A DNA stretch of 44,387 nucleotides from Octopus bimaculoides (GCF_001194135.2 NC_068982.1:140201502-140245888), one strand, 5' to 3'. Counted from the stretch's first letter, positions 24,291 to 37,203 are shown. The notes: generated from the sequence alone by a model not told the origin. Numbers and translations: made by a program.

Positions 24291-24864
24291 ATGCAAAAAT
24301 ACCCTGTTGTTGATGTTGAAATTCCCATGAAGGAGCCTTGGTTCTAGGTTAGAAAGCCTGTGCTTTTGAAATAAACTGAATAATGACTTACGTATAAGTT
24401 TCGGTTTGTCAGCCTTCCTCAGTTTCTGCTATGATCGCTAACGGGCCTGAAACTATGTATACATGAATGCGTGTGTTTGGTGTGTATATGAAACGTTATA
24501 CATCGATAAATACAACTCTAAATCATGCATACGTGCATATATATATATATATANNNNNNNNNNNNNNNNNNNNNNNNNNNNNNNNNNNNNNNNNNNNNNN
24601 NNNNNNNNNNNNNNNNNNNNNNNNNNNNNNNNNNNNNNNNNNNNNNNNNNNNNNNNNNNNNNNNNNNNNNNNNNNNNNNNNNNNNNNNNNNNNNNNNNNN
24701 NNNNNNNNNNNNNNNNNNNNNNNNNNNNNNNNNNNNNNNNNNNNNNNNNNNNNNNNNNNNNNNNNNNNNNNNNNNNNNNNNNNNNNNNNNNNNNNNNNNN
24801 NNNATGTGAGATGGTTAAATAAAGAGAAATATTAGAGTTTAATATATACTATGTGTATATATAC

Positions 24865-24906
<42 letters not shown>

Positions 24907-25316
24907 CAAAAGTAATGAGTATATGCATATATACGTACAGGTATGTGCATACCGACATCCACCTGTATGTATAGGTGCATATCTGGGTACAGGACATTGC
25001 AAACAAACGTAGACGAGAACACACGAGCCACATAGAGAACATTCTACTTCATCAGCTACCCACGTTTTAACACCGGCGTTTCGACGAGCTTATGCGTGTG
25101 TGTGTGTGTGTGTATGCGCACGCGCGTGTGTGTCTGTGTGTGTGTGATTGTGTCTGTGTGTATTTGTGTGTGTGGAGTTTTCAGGACATTTATGTTGAGA
25201 AAGTTAGTCTTACAGCAGTTTCTGGGATATTAGGGAAATTCCTTCGTCAGAGACGATGTGAGATGGTTAAATAAAGAGAAATATTAGAGTTTAATATATA
25301 CTATGTGTATATATAC

Positions 25317-25367
<51 letters not shown>

Positions 25368-26586
25368 TTTGCTTCTTGCATTGTGTGTTCCATTCTGTTT
25401 TGCATGTGTGATTTTATTTTTGCTCTTCTCTATAAATGTAGATATTTCCTTCCTTTTGCTGGTTTTCTTTCTACGAAATGAGAAGATATATTGCGGAACT
25501 GTTATTTTAACGAGTTGTATCTATTCATCACCCACTGAGACACATCTGCATCGCCGGATGCTCCGGAACCAGTTGTTAAGTGTTCCATCAGTGAGGAATC
25601 AATACTAGATGTGTCAAAACAATTGTCGTGATTAATAATAAATTCTTGTATATTTCATCTTCCGTCTTTCATTTACCATATGTCCGTGTGTGCGTGTGCG
25701 TGTATCTGCGCGTGTGTGTACGTGTGTGTGTATGTATGTACGTACGTATGTATGTTTGCATCATATATGATATATTACCTCTTACCCGTATAATGTTTGC
25801 GATTATTTAAACTTTTGTTTCTCTAAAGCAATTATTTAAACACTTGATTTTACTGTAAAATGTACTTTTATTTCTGGGTTATTTCGTAGCAGCTTCAAAG
25901 AGAATGAGCAAACACATCGATGATCTCCATGCTAATTACTTTCGAGAAAATAATTAATAGATGAATACATTTATATCTAAATATTCCCATAGGATACAGC
26001 AGAGTATTTTTGTCGCAACTAAATTTCTGGAATATATACAATTCCTGTAGCAACATTTCTAAATACGGCTCCGAGTCTCATAACTTTATTAACTATGAAT
26101 ATAGTAAATTCCAGTATAATAATTTAATGTCAAACTATTATATAAGAAAATGCCGTTATATAAGAAGCCGCCATGTTTATCGCGTTTATGCAAAAGTTTT
26201 CCTTGCAGTAAGAGTCTCCGAAGAAAGTTCTCCTCCTTGACTTGCGTAAATACACGTTATAGTTTGGGCTGTGATTACGTCATTGGATCGTAAGAGAAAT
26301 ACGTTTCTGGCAGCTTCCACTTCATGCGACATTATGTATTAAATTCGAGACTACGCAAATATTGCGTTTACTATTTTCATAACTATTATTCTATATAAAT
26401 CTGGCTCTCAGTGGCTGAGTGAATTATTGTAGCCGACGAACAATGCGTTTGTAAACAGACAGAGAAAGCACATATATACGTATGCAATGCATATGTTTGT
26501 GAGTCCGTGTGTGTGTGTGTGTATGCAAGTGTGTGCATGCATGTATGTATATGTGTGTATGTGTGTGTAAATATATGCGCTTATAT

Positions 26587-26942
26587 ATAGGCACAGGTTT
26601 GGCTATGTGGTAGGAAACCTGTTTCCCAACCACATGGTTCCAGGTTCAGTCCTGTTGCGTGACAATTTGAGCAAGTGTCTTCTATTATAGCCTCGGGCCG
26701 ACCAAAGCCATGTGGGTGGATTTGATAGAGAGAAATAGAAAGAAACACGTCGTATACGCGCGCGCGCGCTTGTGTGTGTGTGTGTCTGTGTTTGTCCCCA
26801 CCATCGCTTGACAACAGATGTTGGCGAGTTTACGTCTCCGCAAAAGAGAACGAAAATATAAGTACTAGGCTTACAAAGAATAAGTTCTGGGATCGATTTG
26901 TTCGACAAAAGGCAGTGCTCCAACCTAAGACTAAAAGAGTAA
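26587..26942 (+). mobile_element. Near full-length SINE family A
   Basis: Head ggctatgtggtagg...ggttccaggttcagtcc, internal (CG)/(GT)n, tail gtttgtccccaccatcgcttgacaac...taagtactaggcttacaaagaataag...ggcagtgctcc. Confidence 0.9.
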
Positions 26943-28050
26943 TATATATANNNNNNNNNNNNNNNNNNNNNNNNNNNNNNNNNNNNNNNNNNNNNNNNNN
27001 NNNNNNNNNNNNNNNNNNNNNNNNNNNNNNNNNNNNNNNNNNNNNNNNNNNNNNNNNNNNNNNNNNNNNNNNNNNNNNNNNNNNNNNNNNNNNNNNNNNN
27101 NNNNNNNNNNNNNNNNNNNNNNNNNNNNNNNNNNNNNNNNNNNNNNNNNNNNNATATACAATTTCAATAATCATAAAAGGTTAACATTAATTAATTAATT
27201 AATAATTAATAATTTTACCAAGTAGTTCCGTACATTAAAATAATTTTTTTAGGTAAAATTATGCAAATATTCTATAATTATAAACATACACGTGGGTTTT
27301 GAGGATAAGTATATGTTCACGTTCTTTTGTTCTTTTACCTCCTCCTCTCCCACTATTCTATCCTTTTACCCTGTCTTTTTCTCTCTTCTGTTCCTTTGCC
27401 TCCTCTTCTCCCATTATTCTATCTTTCTACTCTTTCGTTTTTCTCTTCGTTTCTTTTGCCTCCCTTCCTCCCTCTCTCTCTCTTCTTTTCTCTCTTATCC
27501 TATCACCAGATATTTTCCTCTCCCCTTCACAATTCTCTGTATGTTACTCTCTCTCCCACACGTTTCCTCCTTTGCTCACGTGGCTCCCACGTGACCACCG
27601 GCTATTCTCCTAACTTGTTTTTCTTTCTTTCTTCCTGTTTCAGCTCGACAGGGAAGACGTATTGCGTTCGCCACCACAACCTCGTTTAGGCTTAGCAGCC
27701 ATTCCTGTTCGTTTTCACTGTCCTGTTTTGTCACCAAACTTGACCCTCCGCAAGATCGCAAATTTTATTTAATTTGCTTTGCGGGAGCAACTGTTTTATA
27801 GAAGGCGCATCTTGTCATAAATTGCTCGAAATACGGATTAGAAAAACAGCCGAAAACTGATGAAGGGTCGTTCCTTGTGTTTCTTGTCTTGTTTACCATT
27901 TGTGTCTTTCTTTGCATGCAAAAAAAGCCTGTATTCCATGTCCTCGTACTTCACTTTAATTGTTGTTTTGTGACGTACTGTGCCCAGATATGCATATGTA
28001 TATACGTAAACATGTAAGTAGGTACGTATACGTATGCAAATATGCATATG

Positions 28051-28133
<83 letters not shown>

Positions 28134-28939
28134 TTTATAAAATGCTTTTTCAGCTATGCGTTGCGTACAATTAATACATGTATGCATATATGGGTACAGG
28201 ACGTCACCAACGGTTCAAATAACATACATAGGAGAGATAGATATAAAATGTGAACATTAATTGCAGGACAAAATCGAGCGAAATATGTAAGCAACGAAAA
28301 AATACTGGAAAACAGGACATGTTAACACAGAAATGTTAACACATAAATTCTAAAATAAAATTTAAGATTTATGGAGGGTCAAATTTGGGAACAAAAGAAT
28401 TAGACAGTTGAGACACTCAAGGAAATCGAACGAAAGTAAACATAGACGGTCATTAGACCGGAACGAAAGGAAAATAGTTAACGCTGGGAAAGACATTTTT
28501 TTAAAGAGAGAAGATAGAAGAGACAGAGAAAAATACGTGCACTCGCTTAGACATCTACACTGGAAAAGAGAGATAGTCATGTGAGGAAAAGAAAGATGGA
28601 CGATGGTCACGTGAGAGCAACGAGAGAGAGAGAGAGAGAGACAGAGAGAGACAGAGAGAGAGACAGAGAGAAAGTGGAAGGAAAAAAGGGAGAGAGAAAC
28701 ACACACATAGAAAACGGTGAAGGAGGAAGACGAATTAGAGAAGGATGGAGGAAGAAGAAAGCAAAGACGAGAGGAAGAAAACAGAAATGAGAGTCGCATA
28801 AAAAGGTGAAGATAAACTTACTTGGGAATGGATGTGTCGTGTTCAATAAAATACTAAATATATATGTTCATACACACACATGTATGTATATATGAATATA
28901 TATGTATATCTAATATGTACGAATTTTTAGGATATTATT

Positions 28940-29143
28940 CTTTTCTACACTAGACCCAAGGCACGAAATTTTTGGGGAGGGGCCCAGTCAATTAGATCGA
29001 CCCTAGTACGTAACGAATACTTAATTTATCTACCCCGAAAGGATGGAAGGCAAAGTCGACCTAGGCGAAAATTGAACTCACATAGTAAAGACAGAGGAAA
29101 TTCGCTAAGCATTTCGCCCAACTTGCTAACGTTTCTGCTAGTT
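28940..29143 (-). mobile_element. SINE family B
   Basis: ccccgaaaggatggaaggcaaagtcgacctaggcg...gctaagcatttcgccc...gctaacgtttctgctag. Confidence 0.85.
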
Positions 29144-29390
29144 AACTTTTCTGTAGCAAATAGAAATATTAGTAATCTCATCCTCAAAGCCATGTCCCGG
29201 TGCTGAGTGAAAGATTCGGTAGCTATGAAGAAAATGAGCAGCTCCAGTATGAGGGTGGTTGTGATTTAAATGACGTGATTTTTTTAAAGGATACAACGTG
29301 GTAACCTGTTCTACATATCGAAACCGCGACCTTATGAGAGTAAACTTACAAAACCTGGCAGCTAAGCGTACAAATGAAAGATAACATATA

Positions 29391-29610
29391 TTTATTTCTT
29401 TATGACCCACAGTGGGGATAAATATAGAGGGGACAAACAATGAGAGACAAAGGGATTAAGTCAAATACATCGACCCCAGTGCGTACCTGATACTTATTCA
29501 ATCGACCCCGAAATGATGAAAAGCAAAGTCGACCTCGGTGGAATTTGAACTCAGAACGTAACGGCAGACAAAATACAGCTAAGCATCTCGCTCGGCGTGC
29601 TAACGATTCT
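29391..29610 (-). mobile_element. SINE family B (variant tail)
   Basis: atcgaccccgaaatgatgaaaagcaaagtcgacctcggtggaatttgaactcagaacg...cggcgtgctaacgattct. Confidence 0.9.
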
Positions 29611-30216
29611 CACCACCCTAACGATAAAATATATTGTCATCAATCCGAATACATTGAGTTGTATGTAAATACGTTGTACATAGCAAACATGAATTAAATT
29701 ACACCAGCGTATTGAAATGTAGATAACCAGTTCTCCATTTATATCGTTTTACTAGTTAGTGTTAATTTGCTAGGTTTGTGATGAGTTTTTTTTCCAGTCT
29801 GAATGGTTGTGTTTGAATGTTCTCTTTGTGTTGGCTGCAATTACAATTCCTTCCTTACTGCAATCACATACCTCGTCTTCGACGGTATACTCTATCCTCC
29901 ATCTTCCTCCGCCTCCTCCTCCTCCCCTCCTCCTCATATATATATTTTACGATTTTCATATTAGTCATGATTTACATATATANNNNNNNNNNNNNNNNNN
30001 NNNNNNNNNNNNNNNNNNNNNNNNNNNNNNNNNNNNNNNNNNNNNNNNNNNNNNNNNNNNNNNNNNNNNNNNNNNNNNNNNNNNNNNNNNNNNNNNNNNN
30101 NNNNNNNNNNNNNNNNNNNNNNNNNNNNNNNNNNNNNNNNNNNNNNNNNNNNNNNNNNNNNNNNNNNNNNNNNNNNNNNNNNNNNNNNNNNNNNNNNNNN
30201 NNNNNNNNNNNNNNNN

Positions 30217-30247
<31 letters not shown>

Positions 30248-30554
30248 TACACACACACAAATATGTGTATGTGTTTGTGTGCGTGCGCACACGTGTGTAT
30301 CTATATAATCTTGTATATGTACTTCTATGTGCGCAAGTGAGTGCTTGCGAGTGCTTTCTATCGTCGTCGAGAAAGCTGCAGCTGCTGCGTACAGTCACAT
30401 TTATATAATTATATATTTCTTTATCTTATATTACAATGCTTGTGTATTTACTGTGATTTCGTCACACCTGCCCAGTTTTGGTTTTGCTGCTTTCTCAGCA
30501 GTCTTACGTGGTTTATTGAGTTTATTATGATTAACATTATCATCATTTTCATGT

Positions 30555-30556
<2 letters not shown>

Positions 30557-30625
<69 letters not shown>

Positions 30626-31317
30626 TAGTCTTATTTTTATAACGAACTTTCACTTCACTACCGAACGCAGCTCTGTGTGCCTTGGTTATTTTATTATTAT
30701 TATTATCTCTTTATCACAAGTGTTTTGCTGGAGTTCCTAGAGTCTTACGTGCGTAGCGGGCTTACTAATTGCAGCTTACAATACCATGCTATTCGTTCCC
30801 TCAGCTATCTCATAATTTCTTGATTATTCCGGCCGTACCAAGGTGGCAAAATTTTTCTAACAGTTCTACTAGGCACTCTATTCCAATTTCTTTTACACTC
30901 CTCGTGATGACTTCTCATAGTCTCCCCAAGGACACAACAATAATTGGCACTATGGTCACCTTCATTTTCCGTAACTGAGCAATTTCGTACTTAAGAGGGT
31001 CGTATTTCTCCAAATTTTGCCTTCCTTGTTGAATATTCGTGGGTCAAAGAGGCATGTAACATCAACTATATAGCATATGTGATGCACCTTATCCACCACC
31101 ACTAGGTCCGGTCTGTTTACTCTAGCCTCCGATCCTTTTGGATTGGGAAATCTCAGAGGATTTTGCTAGTCTACGACACTGCCACTCTCTGCGGTTTGTG
31201 CTTATACCACATCTTGCCGTTCTTTTGCCCCCACTTATCGCACAGTTTCCGATGTAACACTTTCGCTGTCTGGTCGTGTCGCCATAACTTGTCGTGGTTT
31301 TGGGCAAGTCTACCATT
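30557..31317 (-). mobile_element. R4/Dong-like LINE 3' end: RLE endonuclease, 3'UTR and (AAT)n tail
   Basis: Minus strand RHDQTAKVLHRKLC...WYKHKP...KIL*DFPIQ...NRPDLVVVDK (31091-31114)...IVDV...EKYDPLKYEIA...VPIIVVSLG; (att)n at 30557-30623. Confidence 0.9.
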
Positions 31318-32989
31318 AGCATTCAACCATTAGCATTGGGTCAGTCAAACCTTTTTGAAATGTGGTAGAGATCGTGTATAGTATAATACCTTTTTGAACA
31401 GTGCTACCCACTAATGGCTGATGAGTTCGTTCATTGAACCTCCTTTGATTATGCCTATCTGCCTTTCTACCTTTAGACACCGGAACGCGTAGTAGAAAGA
31501 TGCTCATCCTTCTCCGTTTATGGGATGAGCAAATTATAATCACCGTCTCTGGGCAATCCAAAGTAATATATTCAATATTTTAGTTCACGAATATAACGAA
31601 GTATATCAAAAGCTATATAACAGGCGCAGTATGGCTGACTCGCTCACAATCATAAATTACTCTGTTTCTTTCCAATTTCATGGCGCCTTGGGAAAATCGA
31701 CATTTGAGGAAAATGCCCCAAAGTCTCAGGCTGAAAAAAATATTTAATTAGTAAAATTGGAGAGGTGGAAAATATGCAATTAAGGAGGTGGAAAATTTAA
31801 GAGTCTGTGAGATGGATTGAATTCACAATTCGAAAATACATCTTCTTCTTATACTCTGTCACGCTGATTCTGCGCGAGAATCATGTTAACTCTACAAGAG
31901 TTTGGAAAATCGTCAACCATTTGCACGTTACTGAAATAAATAGGTAATTCATTTACTCGATCTATTGTATCTTTTTAGTCGAAACCACCGGAGAAGGATC
32001 TTCCACGCAATCAAAAAACCCTTGTGCTCCCCAGGTTCTCAGTTTTCACTGAATGATAGTCATATAGCATTCCGAATCTCATTTTGTTCTAAAATGATGC
32101 TTCAACCAAATACTGTCGTAAATTTAAATAGATCTGTATTTTCCAAGCGTTTCGGATCATTATTAATTTTTATATTATACATTTTCTATGTTATATAATA
32201 CGTGTATTTTACTGCTATTGAGTAATATTCCGTTTTCAAATGGAACGCTTCCAAATAACGTTTAAACATTATAGCAGTAAATATCAACTGTTTCTTATAT
32301 AAATTACAAAGTTTGTTTGCTCTCTATACATTCAAAATGCATAAATATGCGGAAAACTTTTTCTGCGGACAACTGAAATATTTGCTTTTAATTTACTGGA
32401 AAACTTGACAATGGTGCATTACGACATTTTAATATCGACCCAACTTGCGGTGAGATATGTAGGCTGCTTTCAACCTTTGTTGAAAGTTATTGATATATCG
32501 GTAATCATTCCTAAAATAATCCCAACCCTACCTCACATTCTCCAGTGTTTTTTTTTTCTTCCACGTAGAGAAAGTACTTTTACTGTCTAAATATTACTTA
32601 TATTACATTAGGTACTAAATCTGCCAATGACTTCGATATCACTGAGAGACGGGTGAAATATTTACAATTACCAGCTGTACGAAATTGTTTTGTAGCCATC
32701 AAAGAAACTTTTACTAATGTGTGTGTGTCATTAAATCTGACATACGTTGTCTGTCATGCAATTTCCCTTCTTTCCTTTGATTGTATAGTTGTGTTTGGAA
32801 TGACAGCTTAGACATGTGATTCCATTGAATAGTGAAATATTTCAATCTTACTGTGTACAACTGGAGTCGTTATGAGTAGATGTAAATCTCATTAAAAATC
32901 CTGGTTTATTTTAAGCTTGTCATTGAGATAAATCCATAAAGAGTCTACATCTATGCAATAGCTGGTAAAAATGAGCAGAACGTCATGTT

Positions 32990-33143
32990 TAAGGGCCAGC
33001 CTTGTCACATTCTGTGTTATGCTGAATTTCCATGAGATCTACGTTAGTGGTATGCGTGTCTGTGGAGTGCTCAGCCAGTTGCACATTAATTTTAAGAGTA
33101 AGTTGTTTCGTTGAACCCTCGACCTCGAAACCGACGGACAGGC
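32990..33143 (+). mobile_element. SINE family C 3' fragment
   Basis: gtgctcagccagttgcacattaattt...gaaccctcg...aaccgacgg; matches the tail of 40314-40679. Confidence 0.75.
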
Positions 33144-35329
33144 AGTTTATTCTATAACTAATAACGTAGTTTCGTATCAAATCATTCATAGTGTGAAACG
33201 AGATTGCTTTTACTCATTTTCTATTAATTTAAGATTTCCTAATCAAAATGAGAGTATTCTCTTTTCTTCTCATTCGCATTTTTTATCATGTTATCTCTTT
33301 AATTACAGATAAATTAAATGCTATAATTTAATTACTATCAATGAATATTTTCTTAAAAATTTCTCTACCAATCAAATGAGTATTAATTTGGCAATATAGT
33401 CACCAGCTTACAATTACATGCTTTAGTCTCTTGTTCATGTCATTACATTAGTAGTGATTGCTATACTTTCGAAAGTTATTGAATATTACAACATTTTTTA
33501 ATGTTGGTAAAATACCACCCAAAATTTGAAGGAAGTGCAATCAGCTAACAGATCTATTAGAGCATCTGAAAAAATTGCTTGGCAGGATTCTTTCCTGGTG
33601 TTTTACGTCCTGGATTGAAAGCCCGTAGAAGTTGGTTTTGCGTTTTACTATTTCGGATTGATTAAATGATGTAGCAGAAAATTCCTAGGTCTATGATTTT
33701 GACTAACGACAATGACTTCAAAACACAATGGATTTGTTGCAAATTAAAACCAATTATTTTTCCCATTATTGCTTATGCTTCTTCGTGCTCTTATGGTCTT
33801 TCTGTGTGTGCCATTTTTTTTTCTTTTTGGTTAAATATCAAACCACTACTTGTCACTTCAGAAAATCAGCATATATCGAAAATGTCTAGCTATACAATTA
33901 ACCTACATTTTGTTTGGCATCACAGACTTTACTTTTAATATTCAAAGATAGTATGTTGTTGATATTTTCAATAATGTAAACAGCAATCGTAATATAACAC
34001 TAAATATTATAATCTTTGTGAAGTTCCGAAAATATTTTTATAATTAATTTATAATATAACGTCTGCCGTAATTGTATATCTGTAATTTGGAATATTTTCA
34101 TTCAACAAATTTAAACAGTTACTCTGTTGTACGGCCATCTCTAAGAACATTATTAGCGTTGTCAGCTTATTTTTTGTTACAATTTGCTATCTCGCAAATA
34201 TACATAAACATACATACATANNNNNNNNNNTATATTAAAGATTCATCATTGCTAGTTTCATTTTGTAGCAAATTAATTTCACCATGATATATTTCTTCAG
34301 CTACGGCTAAGTTAAGATGTCTTCTTACGATGCTATCTTCTCTACGTGGTTTACAACATTGTTCCATATCCTTTATCGAGAGGAAACACCGAATACTTTT
34401 CTAGGATTTGCACTTTTCTCAAGTTTTTCCTCCCTATAAATATCTTAAAATTTTATATTTCTCCACTGGCTTAAAGTTTTAAAAAATCATCTATCATAAC
34501 GTTAAGAACGTTCGTCTCATCATCTCCTCTATCTTGCGAATATATTCCTTACTCTACTCCTTATATGTTTTCCAAAATGGTGTTGTCACACCTTTCTCTC
34601 GCTCCAGAGTCATGCATCACAAATTGCATTTGCTTTTTTTTTCTGGTCTCAGTTTCAAAGGGCCATCATTAGTGACCCCAAATATTTGGTCAAACCATGT
34701 AAACGTCTGCGCTAGAAAATATTTTCGATATTTATGAAGAAAATGTGGTATATTCTGTGCAAGGGTAGATCATAAACAGTCACACCTACACTCTGTAGCT
34801 GCTTGCAACAACCCAAAGTGTTGCAAAGTGTAACCACTCCCAAATCAAGAACCAATAACTTCAAAAATAATAAGCCTCTATTAATAACGCACAAAACTCA
34901 CCATAGAAAATGTCTATATACCAACAGCAAAATTAGGAATAAATATACAAAATCTCAGGCATAATGCCAACATATTTAGAACAATTAAATGTGAAAGATA
35001 CCAGGTGAGGGTAATCTTAAATCTTCCTACATATGAAAGACAATTGAGCGAACACGAAAGAGGTGAACTGTTTGACGTAAACGAAATGTGATTGATACCT
35101 AAACCTAGATTTGAAGCACAGTGAAAATGAAGATGAATCAAGTCGAAATGTGTTAAAAGGCAGATGAACACTCCCGGCTGGACATACACTTATGAATGTA
35201 AATCTAATTAGCGCTATGGGTTCCCGATAAAATAATGTACCAGTGAAGCAGTTAGATCGATGGTATCGATTAACATACATTCGAAGATCTATGGTCTTAC
35301 GCCTAACTAGAAACCGTTATTCTTCAAAC

Positions 35330-35590
35330 GCCCTCAGTCGTTCATCGCCATCTGCCAGTTGAGTGACGAAACTTTCCGGCTAAAACACACGAAATGAATG
35401 TTCTGGCATTGCTTCCTTGTAAAGTTGTGTCATCCACTTACTTCGGAAGTAGAATGAAGGTGGTATTGGTTGAGTCTATTCTTAGGATTACCCCACCATT
35501 TGCCTTAAACATGCGGGGAAGCCCTTATTCTCTGTCTAGTAATTATGGTGAAGGCTATGTGGAGTGGAAGAGGCTGACGAGATCGAGGAC
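35330..35590 (-). mobile_element. Non-LTR retrotransposon RT fragment (domains 4-6), degenerate
   Basis: Minus strand LFVFVLDLVS...FILLPK*VDDTTL...KFRHSTG resembles (SP)LLF.L..D...YVDD...F...SG. Confidence 0.45.
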
Positions 35591-35644
35591 AAAGACGAAC
35601 AGATTTTGACAAAAAAGAAAAAAAAAAGAAAAAGAAAAGTTAAG

Positions 35645-36110
35645 ATGAATATACCTTCTCTAAATATACTTCTGTATATTGCAGAATATGTATGGAATAG
35701 TCCGTGTGTCCCTGGTTCTATGGGTGACCTACGGTCACTGGAATTCCTTGACTGGTGTTAGTTCGATGTTCTTTAGTATCGGAAAAACCGTATCATACAT
35801 GTGTTCACATATACTATATATATTTTAACATCAACTATCCTTCATGTCATCCTGTCCTTGCTATGGGATCTCTATGTTCATGTTTCGGAGCTCCGTTTAT
35901 ATATATTTTTTTCTTTCCTTGATTATTTCAAGGATAGCACGATTTTTTTCACTTTTTTGTTGGTTGTAATTTACGGAATCTGTCATTGTATTTTCGAATG
36001 CTTCCTTAATTCCCTCGGTTTAGGACATGTGATTCATTATTACGCCTTCTCTTGTATAGTCATATGTATTTCAAGCCTGTTCTACATAATTTATTACTGT
36101 TTTATCATAG
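35645..36110 (+). pseudogene. Probable class A (rhodopsin-like) GPCR pseudogene, TM1-TM4, truncated by an inserted repeat
   Basis: About 155 codons in one frame with only two stops (35759, 35774): MNIPSLNILLYIAEYVWNSPCVPGSMGDLRSLEFL (GN-like TM1), IIHVFTYTIYILTS (TM2), FLDYFKDSTIFFTFLLVVIYGICHC (TM3, ER lost before Y.ICH), then hydrophobic TM4. Motifs are degenerate. Confidence 0.5.
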
Positions 36111-36478
36111 CCTTCACACTGGGAGGAGATGGAAACAACAAATCTGAGAACAGCAGATGCGCCGACTAGATGCTTGAAATCTGGTTTATACCCAACAATA
36201 TTTTTCATTGAGAATAAAAAGTAAAAACTACATTTTTGTAAACACCTTTAACCAACTTATAGCGAATGAGAAGCAACTGCAAATGGCGTTGAAACGAAGA
36301 CAAACACTTCGCCATCACAAATTAGTTTTAAACTAGATTTTTTAAGTAAAGATGACAAATCTGATGACAAATCAACAGATATACATATAAAAGATCCAAA
36401 ATACAAATAGGTCTTGACAGATACGTTTTATAATAATAATANNNNNNNNNNATAATAATAATAATAATAATAATAATA

Positions 36479-36479
<1 letters not shown>

Positions 36480-36512
<33 letters not shown>

Positions 36513-36570
36513 TCACTGCCTGGAATCGAACTCGGAATCTTGGGGTTAGTAGCCCGCGCTCTTAACCACT
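36480..36570 (-). mobile_element. Short tRNA-head SINE with (AAT)n tail
   Basis: Minus strand agtggttaagagcgcgggctactaaccccaagattccgagttcgattccaggcagtgacctgaa(taa)n; B-box GTTCGATTCC. Confidence 0.8.
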
Positions 36571-36592
36571 TGGGAATGAGAAATTTCCCCAA

Positions 36593-36638
36593 GATACCTG
36601 ATGAAGGCTGGAGAGTATATCAGCCGAAACTTTGTGTT
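36593..36638 (+). ncRNA. Minimal hammerhead motif in Penelope-like repeat (probably inactivated)
   Basis: gatac-CTGATGA-a-ggctg[gagagtatat]cagcc-GAAAC-ttt-gtgtt. Stem III and cleavage triplet are altered (ttt instead of gtt). Confidence 0.6.
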
Positions 36639-37203
36639 ATCAACCAAGAAGATGAGGATAAATATCTGTCAAATGTAAATAATATAAATAACTGTATTTG
36701 TATTTTTGATCTTTTATATGTATATATGTTGATTTGTCATCAGATTTGTCATCCTTACTTAAAAAATCTAGTTTAAAACTAATTTGTGATGGCGAAGTGT
36801 TTGTCTTCGTTTCCTTCACACTGGGAGGAGATGGAAACAACAAATCTGAGAACAGCTAATGCGCCGACTAGATGCTTGAAATCTGGTTTATACCCAACAA
36901 TATTTTTCATTGAGAATAAAAAGTAAAAACTACATTTTTGTAAACACCTTTAACCAACTTATAGCGAATGAGAAGCAACTGCAAATGGCGTTGAAACGAA
37001 GACAAACACTTCGCCATCACAAATTAGTTTTAAACTAGATTTTTTAAGTAAGGATGACAAATCTGATGACAAATCAACAGATATACATATAAAAGATCAA
37101 AAATACAAATACAGTTATTTACATTATTTACATTTGACAGATATTTATCCTCATCTTCTTGGTTGATAACACAAAGTTTCGGCTGATATACTCTCCAGCC
37201 TTC
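36603..37203. repeat. 211-bp inverted repeat (36603-36813 / 36993-37203) with 179-bp spacer; right arm cut by a gap
   Basis: gaaggctggagagtatatcagccgaaac...gtcttcgtttc vs gaaacgaagac...gtttcggctgatatactctccagccttc. Confidence 0.95.

Larger units (their letters stand above)
36111..37111. repeat. 299-bp direct repeat (36111-36409 and 36813-37111)
   Basis: Both copies begin ccttcacactgggaggagatggaaacaac and end aaatacaaata, with a few substitutions (cagcagat/cagctaat, gtaaagatg/gtaaggatg, gatccaaa/gatcaaaa). Confidence 0.95.

Noticed and set aside
24804-25352. About 95-bp direct repeat (24804-24900 and 25256-25352)
   Set aside because: The first copy starts exactly at a gap edge, both end in (TA)n, and they look identical. 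Most likely a contig-end misassembly.
17270-31440. Other CTGATGA occurrences (17325 minus, 25051 minus, 27856, 31418)
   Set aside because: No correctly placed GAAA, stem III/NUH or stem I, so they do not form hammerheads.
32365-32490. Cadherin-like string GQLKY...ALRHFNIDPTCGEI (plus strand), suggestive of a protocadherin fragment
   Set aside because: Only the F.ID...GEI part fits. No DRE, DxD or DxNDN motifs, and stops on both sides. Would need a significant tBLASTn hit to keep.
36507-36570. tRNA gene
   Set aside because: 5'-truncated, no acceptor stem, followed by an (AAT)n tail. It is a SINE head; the same applies to the heads of families A, B and C.
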